This document shows positions 1-7,660 of a stretch of 23,932 nt of DNA, one piece after another (position 1 is the stretch's first letter; every line of letters begins with the position of its first letter). Below the pieces are notes generated by a model that saw only the letters and a list, made by a program, of their open reading frames with translations, had not been told where the DNA came from and did no database searches. The position numbers and the translations under genes are program-made. The stretch covers positions 1-23,932 of the forward strand of contig JBEQLE010000068.1 of assembly GCA_040326155.1 (NCBI GenBank). Reading direction: 5' to 3'. The stretch comes from Leptospirales bacterium (GTDB taxonomy: Bacteria > Spirochaetota > Leptospiria > Turneriellales > JAOUFE01).

Positions 1-2
1 CT

Positions 3-344
3 GCTTCAACAACGCCAGCGGCAACAGCACCAGCCGCCGCAACATCAGAACCCGCGCCTCCCGAACCTAAAGCTGTAGCCGAACCTACTCCGGAACCAGC
101 ACCTGCACCAGCACCTTCAACAGAAGACGAAGCTGACGGCGAAGATGAGATCGTTTTGCTTGACGACGAAGAAGATGAAGAGATCATTATAAGTGACGAT
201 GAAGAAGAGGTGGAGATGCCTGAAACGGCTGATACTGGTTCTGCTCCGGTCGTAGCTACCGAAGACGAAGACGATGACGATGTTTTAGATGTTTTTCAAG
301 ATGACGAAGATGATGATTTGCTTGTTGTCGAAGATGACAAGTAA
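3..344 (+). CDS. 3' part of a protein with a Pro/Ala linker and a highly acidic, probably disordered C-terminal tail; ZapB-like by position only (5' end outside the window)
   Basis: The frame is open from nt 3 to TAA 342-344: ASTTPAATAPAAATSEPAPPEPKAVAEPTPEPAPAPAPSTEDEADGEDEIVLLDDEEDEEIIISDDEE...DLLVVEDDK. The 62-aa ORF in the track is only its tail. It ends 14 nt before zapA. Confidence 0.7.
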   Translation, partial: ASTTPAATAPAAATSEPAPPEPKAVAEPTPEPAPAPAPSTEDEADGEDEIVLLDDEEDEEIIISDDEEEVEMPETADTGSAPVVATEDEDDDDVLDVFQDDEDDDLLVVEDDK

Positions 345-358
345 ACTGAGTAAAAATA

Positions 359-667
359 GTGAGCGACAGCGAAGATATAGCTAAAATTCGGGTAACCATA
401 ATGGGTCGCGAGTATACATTACGCGGCGACCTTAACCCTGAATATATGGAAACGCTGGCCAAACGAGTAAATGATAAAATTGAAGACTTGAGAAGTGTCG
501 CCTCTGGAGTAGATGCATTGCAGCTTGCAATATTAGCCGCTTTGAATTTTGCCGACGAGGCAGAGCAATTAACCGGCGGGCAAAGCCCGACAGAGTTGGG
601 AGATATTGAAGAAAAAACCCGCAGGTTAATTTCGATGCTTGAAAAAGGAATCGTAGGCGACGTTTAA
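359..667 (+). CDS. zapA: Cell division protein ZapA
   Basis: 102 aa, GTG start. 'IRVTIMGREYTL', 'YMETLAKRVNDKI' and 'LAILAALNFADE' match the ZapA family pattern. Confidence 0.9.
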   Translation: MSDSEDIAKIRVTIMGREYTLRGDLNPEYMETLAKRVNDKIEDLRSVASGVDALQLAILAALNFADEAEQLTGGQSPTELGDIEEKTRRLISMLEKGIVGDV

Positions 668-3600
668 AAGAGCAGATTTGCTGAAAAGCCCAATTGGTAA
701 GAAAATACCTTTTGCATAATTTTCTCAGAAGCCGGGTTTCTGTGTATATCGTATACCAGAATTACAGAAAATAGACCATTTACGTTTTGGTGTAGATTTA
801 TATCGAACAGCTGGTTCATTATAAATTGATCAAGAGCCCTTCGATCGAGTAGGCTGCGAAGTTCATAATCGAAACGATTAAAGTCGGCAGAAAGACCGAT
901 ATTGTACTTCGGATTATGATCGAGTTTCATTTTCAACTTTTTCGTAATAAACTTTTTTAAACCCGGTAATTCTGTAAAATATTCTATACCATAATGATAT
1001 GTATAATCGATACGGTTCATTAGATAATTTAACGAATTCGAAATCGCATCATACATCTCACGATCTTCAATGGAACCTTGACGACGTATAAATGAATAAT
1101 GTTTATAGCTATGTCGGCCCATCGAAAAAGAGAGGGCAACACCATTTATAATTTTCTTTTTGTCGAACCATGTATAATTCAACGTTGTTTCTGGTGAAAT
1201 AATTGTCTCTTCAATATTTTCTGTTATATGTTTAAGAATATCATGATTAAAACCAATAGACCAATGCGAGCTGCTTTTTCCTTTATAAGTCCATGGCCAG
1301 ATTTTCATCAACTTGTTCATGTCCATGGTGCTAATGAATGAATATCCTAAGTCAAGATTTTGAATAGGCGTTCCATAAAGATTTTCCCGAAAAGCTATAT
1401 GGGCAATTCTTCCAATCGTTTGAAGCGTAACAGGTTTTGAAATTATCCAGCGGCTTGAGAACGAAATATTTTCTTTTAAAAATAGAGAATTGTTATATCT
1501 TTGGAATAGATCATTCGAATCGTTTTTTCCATCTACGGGGTTGTATTGCGAATTATATATATAGTCGCGACCCCGGGAATAATTTCTTTTGGAATTTTGC
1601 GGGCTTGTTAAAAAATACCAGAAGGGATACCGGAATAGATTGAAAGTACGGTCGGTAAGCAGAGGGGAAATTCGGTTAAACCCAAAACGATCTTGCGTTA
1701 AAGAAGACATCTTTGTAAAGGGAACACCTTTTTCTTCCAGAATAATTTCCCGGTCAAAATACAATAAAGATGATTCAAGAAACGAAATCTTTTTAAGAAC
1801 TTTTTCATGTAAGGGAAGGTAGAATGTGAATTTACTTAAGGTCGAGGGCTGCTTTAACCGTTGAAAGTTATCTTTAAGAACAAAGTCTTGTCGATCGTAA
1901 AAATTATCTTCTTTATAAACGAATGTCCAGGTTAAGATTGGAGCAAAAACCAGTAACTTCTTAAAAAATAAATTCAGCTTCATTTGAGTCAAACGGTTTT
2001 CATAACGAAAATTATCTGGCTCTGAAAAAAATGGTGTATAAAAAGATGAACTCGGTGTTGTCATATTTGCTTCATCGGTAAAGTTTTTCGAAACTAACCG
2101 CGACTGGGAATAAGATATAAAAGGTGTAAGTTTAAAAAATTTTCCAGAAAGGTTAAGCAGCGCCGAGCCGGTATCATTTTGCGTTTTCGCCTCATTTTGA
2201 TACTGCATTTTCTTTATATTATTTGTTTCGTGAATTCTTTTTTGCGCATTCACCTCCATGGACGCACCAGCATGTAATTCATAGTCGAGTTTTAATTTTC
2301 CAATTGGAATTTCAGTTTTTTGTAAAATTAGGTGAGGAGTATACTGTCGTTGAATATTACGATTGTATACTACAGTATCAGATGAGGAAGCATTTAAAAA
2401 TGTATCACTATAGTATCCGGTATTACTGAATTCATAGGATGCAATTACATTGGGTATAAATTTGTTTTTCGTTATAAAAGCATGGTTGGTATTGTGGTAA
2501 GTTTTTGTTCGTAACGCTGCTACACCATCTTCTGTTGATGTCACGTAAGGAGTGTCCGTTACATTCTGTCCATAAGTGTAACTGGCTTGCCAGAATGGAA
2601 GGACCCGCGTCGCTAAAGTGAAACGCTCTTCTTCTTCCATTTGCGAGAGATCATTATCACCGATGGAACGAAATTGATAGTTCTTTTTTCTCTTGTAATA
2701 TCCGGCTTGAAAGTTACCAAGAATTGGTTTTCCGTCGGCGGTTTTAATAAGAGGTTCTGTTATTCTAATACTGGAAGAGTATAAATAGGCATAATCAGAA
2801 ATAAGTTCTGGGTCCGATACAAATATATCATTTATCCAGCTTTCTCCTGTAAAAGATCCGGTTTCGGCAGGGTCTTTTTTTAAACCCACAGCCATGTAAT
2901 TTACCTGGCGCAAGTCTGGTTTACCGACTACAGAGTCTGGCTTTGACAATGCAAAACTGATACGATCCCATTCGGTTTTAAAGACAGGGTAGGTGTATTC
3001 ATAATAGTCGTTCTCGCTGCTTCCGACACGCAAGACCAGATAACCCAGCGAAGAATTATAATCACGATGGTTTACCCATAATTGAATAAGTCTATAATGT
3101 GAAATATCGAATTTTCCGGTAAAATTTCTGGTGGCGAACGCTGATTCATAAGTGGAGTCGAGGTTGTATTCCAGCTTTAATGTGCCCTCTAGTGTGTAAT
3201 GCAACTCTTCGATGGTTTTGGGACCGTGCAGGAGTTCATAACCTGCTGTCTTTTGAAGTAAGAACGACTCCTTGTAATACTCATCTTTATTGCTTTTGGT
3301 GTTAATGATAGAGGTACGAAGTACGCTTAAATCTGTTAATGAAGATTCGGTACTATCTAACCATTTTTTGGCATATTTGTTTCGCCATAAAGAACTTCCA
3401 AATTTAATACCATCCACCAACAATTTACCCTGACCTGCTTCGGCGCCGACGTTGGGTGCCACAATCAACCTCATGTTTTCAACATTGCGTAAAACACTTT
3501 TCTGGGAGGCGGTAAGATTTGACGGGTCAAAATAAAACCTTATTTTTGTCCAATCGCCAGGGTAGACTTTGTTGTCTGCGCCGGTGTCCATTGTAATATA

Positions 3601-6504
3601 CAATTGAGAAGGTTCGATACGAATGGCCCTTTCAGAAAGGTCCAGGCTTCCATTTTTATTTATATCTTCAGAATTTAAAATGCCGTTACCGATGGTGGAA
3701 GGGAAACCTGAAATATCGGGACCTCTGCCTACGTTTGTATTTGCCCCGGAGCACCCACTGGGCGAGTGTGCGTACCCGCGATCTTCTGTATTACCCGTAG
3801 CTCTCGCATAATCGATTACTCCATTTTTTTCTCCGTTGTCCCAGTTTTCGCCGGAGTCTAATATGTTATTATAATTCGTGTCGCCGTTTATATGGTCGAG
3901 CCCAATGTCTTCACTGTCCCAGATGTCGTCGTCATCTGCATCTTCCTTTAAACTGCCTACATCGAGCACTATATTGACACCGCTGGCTAAATTTCCATCA
4001 TTTATTAAGAGAACGCTGAATTCAACATATTCAACATAGGAAAAATCGCGCCCTGGTTTCGCAAAAGAATCGCTCATGGCAGAAACAAAAGGAGTGGTAT
4101 TTACCGGAGCCGCGCCGAAGTTGAAATCGAAAACCAGAGAGGTCTGTTTTCCCGTTTTACTGGTATCGACTTGTTTATTATACAAATGACCTTCTGCAAC
4201 ATTATAAGGACCGGCGACTTTAGAATAGGCGGGTGTCGCTTTTGCGCCAGCAGAAAAACTGAGTAACCCGCGCAGATAATTTTTCGGATCAAAATAGTGT
4301 TTATAATAAAGCGGAGCCCGGTTGCATTGTGTATAAGCCGATGCAGGAGGCAAAGAACCCGGAACCCAATACCCGGCAATTAAATTTGCATGGATAGACT
4401 CTTCGGAAGATTCCATGTCATCAATAATGGCGCGACCTTTCGTGTTCATATTATAATAACTTCGCGCATATTCCCCATAGGCTTCGAATTCTACCGGCAC
4501 TCGACTGTCAGACTTTGGGTTTAAAGCATGAACCAGCCGGGTCATACTTTTCTCATCCATAGAAATTCGAACGTCTCCGGCAGCTATGAACGTACTTCCC
4601 GGTTCTTCTCCTACATAGGGTGAGGCGTCAGGAAATATTTCACTTTCGTAAAAAACGGACCCGCCAAAGGTAAGATTTTCATTTGGATGATACTCAGTTC
4701 TACCGCCAACAATATAACTTTGTTCTCCTGCGCCAAAAGGTAAATAGTCATATTGTATTTCAATCTGAGTGGCTTCAGTAATTAAGGGGTTATCCGGGTT
4801 TAAAAACTGAAAGTAACCCGTTTGATAATCGATAGAATATAAAGCACGATCAACGGGCATACGATTTACTCGAACAGATTCACTCATAGGAACAATATTC
4901 ATATGCGAGAGCTGGAAACTTCGAATTTTACCTTCGAATTCAAGTTGTAAATACACATTGGAGTTTTCAGATATATATGGCGAGTGAGTCTCATTGTAAA
5001 TAGTGCGAACCAAATCGTCGGAGTATACATAACTTTTAGAAATATCTTTTTGTGAACGAAAAGGCTCTCTCTCTGAAAAATAAATAAAACCTTTCTGGTA
5101 ATCCACCTGATAAGCCGCTGAAAACTGAGAGCCATAATCTTCGAGATTTTTTGTAACAAAATTCATCTGAAACGTATGCTGATCGATATCCTCAACGCCG
5201 AGATTATACACACCTCTTATTTCATAAACGTCAAGGTTAACAACTCCGTCCGGTATAAACTCCTGGTCATCGGAACCTGTAAAAGAGGCCACCCCATCAT
5301 ATAAAATATCTTCGTGCATTTCATTTGCATATCTCAGGAAAGTCTCAATTTTATTATTCGATATTCGCGCACTGGGGTCTGTCGTAGTCGTCGACCCGTT
5401 ATTTCTGGTGTAGCGAACGAAAACCTTTGCTCCCGGTGGAAGAGGCTGTATAAACTTTATTCTGCCGGTTTTAAATTGTACGGTATATTCTCGGGTCTGC
5501 CTCATTTTATGGAAGTTTCCCAGGGTGTTTCCGGAAACAGTTTTTACAAACGCTTTTCGACTTGTATCGTTGGCAGGGTTACGATCATCCATATAAACTT
5601 CAAGAGAGCGCGGGTCTATAGAAACAGAACGAACGGTATATTGTGTGGAAGGACTCGTGAAAATATTTAAAGCGGATGAGTCTCCTCTTGTGTAAACCTG
5701 AGCTGATAAAGAAGACGGCGCCGAACTTAGATTGTCATAGTATAAAAATGGTTCTAACTGGTAAAATTTTCTGGCAGCGTATTCATAATCTGGTTTATAT
5801 AAAGTCTGGTTGCGGCGGTAACCATGAAAGGTCTCTAGATGGTGAACACTTTCAGCAACCGAACCAACAGTTTCAAACTCCCATTTTTTATGTTTCAGTT
5901 TTATATCGACGCCAAGCGCGGAGTAAGCGGAGCTATCGGGAAATACCAATTCGGAGGAGTTGATATTTAAATTTATTTTACCAAACGTAATTTCTTGAAC
6001 GAATTTGTCTTTGTCTTTTGATCTATATTGAATTGTTACTTCGTTATTATTGTAGGTGTCGTTTTGGTCATAATCGATATCAAAAAATACCTGTTCATCG
6101 ACCTCTCCGGATAGTTTAATTTTCATGTCCATGCCCGGTGCCAGACCTTCCAATATGGCGTTAGAACCGGGTACGGAGTATGCGTTCATTTGATCTTTTT
6201 TACCCAGAAAATGGGAGCGTCCATAAGAAAACGATAGATTATTTCCACCGTAAATTTTTATTTTACTTTCATCACTTCTATATTCTGAATTATTCTTATT
6301 TTCTTCTTTTTCGTTGTACTCTTTTTCTTCTTCGTCAAATTCACCTGGTTCAGGGTATACCAGCTCTTTTTCAGGCTGAAGAACAGATTCATTCCATAGA
6401 GCGGGTTCACTTTCTTTTTGTATTCCTGTTAAAGCATAGGTTACTACCGAATACGTTGTAATCGAAAAAATTAAAAAGTATTTCCAGGGGCTGAGTGAAA
6501 TCAT
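664..6504 (-). CDS. sprA: Very large outer-membrane beta-barrel protein, homologue of the SprA/Sov T9SS translocon
   Basis: 1946 aa with an N-terminal signal peptide and a C-terminal beta-signal ending in Phe (YQLGFSANLLF). SprA-like blocks occur in order: KLSGEV..DIDYDQN..EVTIQY..VQEITFGKINL; NIVPMSESVRV..YSIDYQTG; GEYA..AIIDDMESSE; NRAPLYY; DFSYVEYVEF; DVGSLKED..EDIGLD; SEDINKNGSLD; DISHYRLIQLW..LRVGSSENDYYEY..GKPDL..WINDIFVSD. The motif comparison is from memory of Bacteroidota SprA; no search was run. Confidence 0.7.
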   Translation of the reverse strand: MISLSPWKYFLIFSITTYSVVTYALTGIQKESEPALWNESVLQPEKELVYPEPGEFDEEEKEYNEKEENKNNSEYRSDESKIKIYGGNNLSFSYGRSHFLGKKDQMNAYSVPGSNAILEGLAPGMDMKIKLSGEVDEQVFFDIDYDQNDTYNNNEVTIQYRSKDKDKFVQEITFGKINLNINSSELVFPDSSAYSALGVDIKLKHKKWEFETVGSVAESVHHLETFHGYRRNQTLYKPDYEYAARKFYQLEPFLYYDNLSSAPSSLSAQVYTRGDSSALNIFTSPSTQYTVRSVSIDPRSLEVYMDDRNPANDTSRKAFVKTVSGNTLGNFHKMRQTREYTVQFKTGRIKFIQPLPPGAKVFVRYTRNNGSTTTTDPSARISNNKIETFLRYANEMHEDILYDGVASFTGSDDQEFIPDGVVNLDVYEIRGVYNLGVEDIDQHTFQMNFVTKNLEDYGSQFSAAYQVDYQKGFIYFSEREPFRSQKDISKSYVYSDDLVRTIYNETHSPYISENSNVYLQLEFEGKIRSFQLSHMNIVPMSESVRVNRMPVDRALYSIDYQTGYFQFLNPDNPLITEATQIEIQYDYLPFGAGEQSYIVGGRTEYHPNENLTFGGSVFYESEIFPDASPYVGEEPGSTFIAAGDVRISMDEKSMTRLVHALNPKSDSRVPVEFEAYGEYARSYYNMNTKGRAIIDDMESSEESIHANLIAGYWVPGSLPPASAYTQCNRAPLYYKHYFDPKNYLRGLLSFSAGAKATPAYSKVAGPYNVAEGHLYNKQVDTSKTGKQTSLVFDFNFGAAPVNTTPFVSAMSDSFAKPGRDFSYVEYVEFSVLLINDGNLASGVNIVLDVGSLKEDADDDDIWDSEDIGLDHINGDTNYNNILDSGENWDNGEKNGVIDYARATGNTEDRGYAHSPSGCSGANTNVGRGPDISGFPSTIGNGILNSEDINKNGSLDLSERAIRIEPSQLYITMDTGADNKVYPGDWTKIRFYFDPSNLTASQKSVLRNVENMRLIVAPNVGAEAGQGKLLVDGIKFGSSLWRNKYAKKWLDSTESSLTDLSVLRTSIINTKSNKDEYYKESFLLQKTAGYELLHGPKTIEELHYTLEGTLKLEYNLDSTYESAFATRNFTGKFDISHYRLIQLWVNHRDYNSSLGYLVLRVGSSENDYYEYTYPVFKTEWDRISFALSKPDSVVGKPDLRQVNYMAVGLKKDPAETGSFTGESWINDIFVSDPELISDYAYLYSSSIRITEPLIKTADGKPILGNFQAGYYKRKKNYQFRSIGDNDLSQMEEEERFTLATRVLPFWQASYTYGQNVTDTPYVTSTEDGVAALRTKTYHNTNHAFITKNKFIPNVIASYEFSNTGYYSDTFLNASSSDTVVYNRNIQRQYTPHLILQKTEIPIGKLKLDYELHAGASMEVNAQKRIHETNNIKKMQYQNEAKTQNDTGSALLNLSGKFFKLTPFISYSQSRLVSKNFTDEANMTTPSSSFYTPFFSEPDNFRYENRLTQMKLNLFFKKLLVFAPILTWTFVYKEDNFYDRQDFVLKDNFQRLKQPSTLSKFTFYLPLHEKVLKKISFLESSLLYFDREIILEEKGVPFTKMSSLTQDRFGFNRISPLLTDRTFNLFRYPFWYFLTSPQNSKRNYSRGRDYIYNSQYNPVDGKNDSNDLFQRYNNSLFLKENISFSSRWIISKPVTLQTIGRIAHIAFRENLYGTPIQNLDLGYSFISTMDMNKLMKIWPWTYKGKSSSHWSIGFNHDILKHITENIEETIISPETTLNYTWFDKKKIINGVALSFSMGRHSYKHYSFIRRQGSIEDREMYDAISNSLNYLMNRIDYTYHYGIEYFTELPGLKKFITKKLKMKLDHNPKYNIGLSADFNRFDYELRSLLDRRALDQFIMNQLFDINLHQNVNGLFSVILVYDIHRNPASEKIMQKVFSYQLGFSANLLF

Positions 6505-6530
6505 TTTGTTCTATTTTTGTGTGAAAAAGC

Positions 6531-6546
6531 TATTGAAGATTCAATA
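6531..6546. promoter_or_regulatory. Inverted repeat TATTGAA-GA-TTCAATA between divergent genes; possible operator
   Basis: Perfect 7-bp arms, next to an ATTATAAT that gives a TATAAT box on both strands (6546-6553). Confidence 0.3.
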
Positions 6547-6653
6547 TTATAATTGGGGCGGTCCAATCAAGGGTTTTATCGAAAAATAAGATCGATATTA
6601 TGCTTGTCTGTGCCAAAATAGAATGATATATGACGGTTGACTGGAGGATTTCT

Positions 6654-7247
6654 ATGAATAAAAAAAGAAAATTGAGCATCATTGTTTTAACCGGGTTCAT
6701 GATTATTGCTGGCAATCTTTTTGCCAGGAATGGCGGGCTTTCGGTGTTAAAAAAAGATATATCGAATTTGCACGAAGATATTGTTGCAGTCTTGAAAAAA
6801 CTGAAAAAGGATGAAGATGGTACTCTTAAAATTCACCTTGGCGGAGGGCTTCATACCTCTCTGGGTGGGCGACAACGGTATGTTTTTGAAGAGACAGCAA
6901 ATATAGACTTTTCCGGTTCAGCAATGACTAGAATAGAATTTTTCTATACCCACACGAGCGAAAAAAACATGGATGATACAGTTTCCGTCACATATGTTAA
7001 CGAAAAGCCTTCGGATGAAGAGTTTGCCAGTTTAACACTGACCTACGAAGCCACTTTGGAAAAAGACGCAATATTTAAATTTAGCGAAGTTGATGAGAAA
7101 TATCAATATAAAATTCTAGTTGGGTACCGCGATAAACTCGACAGCCTTTCGCGAGCGTTGGGAGTTTATTATGAAAACTATATTGCACGCGAAAATGCCG
7201 GGTTGGGTAAAGTACTTGAGGTTGGTAAAGAACAAGAGAATAATTAA
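6654..7247 (+). CDS. Secreted or periplasmic hypothetical protein (197 aa)
   Basis: GGAGG precedes ATG 6654, a better start than 6630. Sec signal peptide MNKKRKLSIIVLTGFMIIAGNLFA. No recognisable domain. Confidence 0.8.
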   Translation: MNKKRKLSIIVLTGFMIIAGNLFARNGGLSVLKKDISNLHEDIVAVLKKLKKDEDGTLKIHLGGGLHTSLGGRQRYVFEETANIDFSGSAMTRIEFFYTHTSEKNMDDTVSVTYVNEKPSDEEFASLTLTYEATLEKDAIFKFSEVDEKYQYKILVGYRDKLDSLSRALGVYYENYIARENAGLGKVLEVGKEQENN

Positions 7248-7570
7248 TCATCAAGCGGGACGATTCGGCGTTTACTCCTGCGAAAATCAATAGATTCAGA
7301 TTCGGCTCGTAATGTCTCTTCGAGTGTTACGGGTTGAGCTGCGTTTAGACATCCTTCATTTGGATAAAAATCCGCCTTTTTCTCACGGTAAGTATGTAAT
7401 TTTTGATAATTCCAAGTGCGATCTTCTGTTATAAATTCGCTCGAAACATAATGAGTTCCGTTAATAAAATGACCTTCAAGCGGTTGACATTGTTCTAATT
7501 CGGTGTTTAACTTACCGCAAGAACCAGTCAGTCCAATGATAATAACCCAGGCGTAAATGTTTTTATACAT
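7244..7570 (-). CDS. Small putative lipoprotein
   Basis: 108 aa. MYKNIYAWVIIIGLTGS-C18 resembles a spirochaetal lipobox. Two further Cys could form a disulfide. Confidence 0.65.
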   Translation of the reverse strand: MYKNIYAWVIIIGLTGSCGKLNTELEQCQPLEGHFINGTHYVSSEFITEDRTWNYQKLHTYREKKADFYPNEGCLNAAQPVTLEETLRAESESIDFRRSKRRIVPLDD

Positions 7571-7660
7571 AGTACTATATTATCGTAAATTATGGTTCTA
7601 TACTAAAAAAAATGTATTATAAGTGACAAACGGGCTTAATTATTAGTTTTGGAAGGGTAT

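Noticed and set aside
13..120. Short imperfect repeats (ccagca/cctgca units)
   Set aside because: They are codon-level consequences of the Pro/Ala linker, not a CRISPR array or DNA repeat element.
668..850. 6S RNA (ssrS), often found downstream of zapA
   Set aside because: There is no intergenic space; the region is the coding 3' end of the convergent 1946-aa gene.
1437..6461. Numerous short ORFs within the SprA-like gene (and similar ones in PBP1A, pyrD, hisD and sppA)
   Set aside because: Fully nested alternative-frame or antisense ORFs with no recognisable motifs.
6600..6616. sigma54-like TTGGCAC...GCA on the minus strand upstream of the SprA-like gene
   Set aside because: The GG-to-GC spacing is 9 nt rather than the required 10, and the -12 TTGC reads AAGC.
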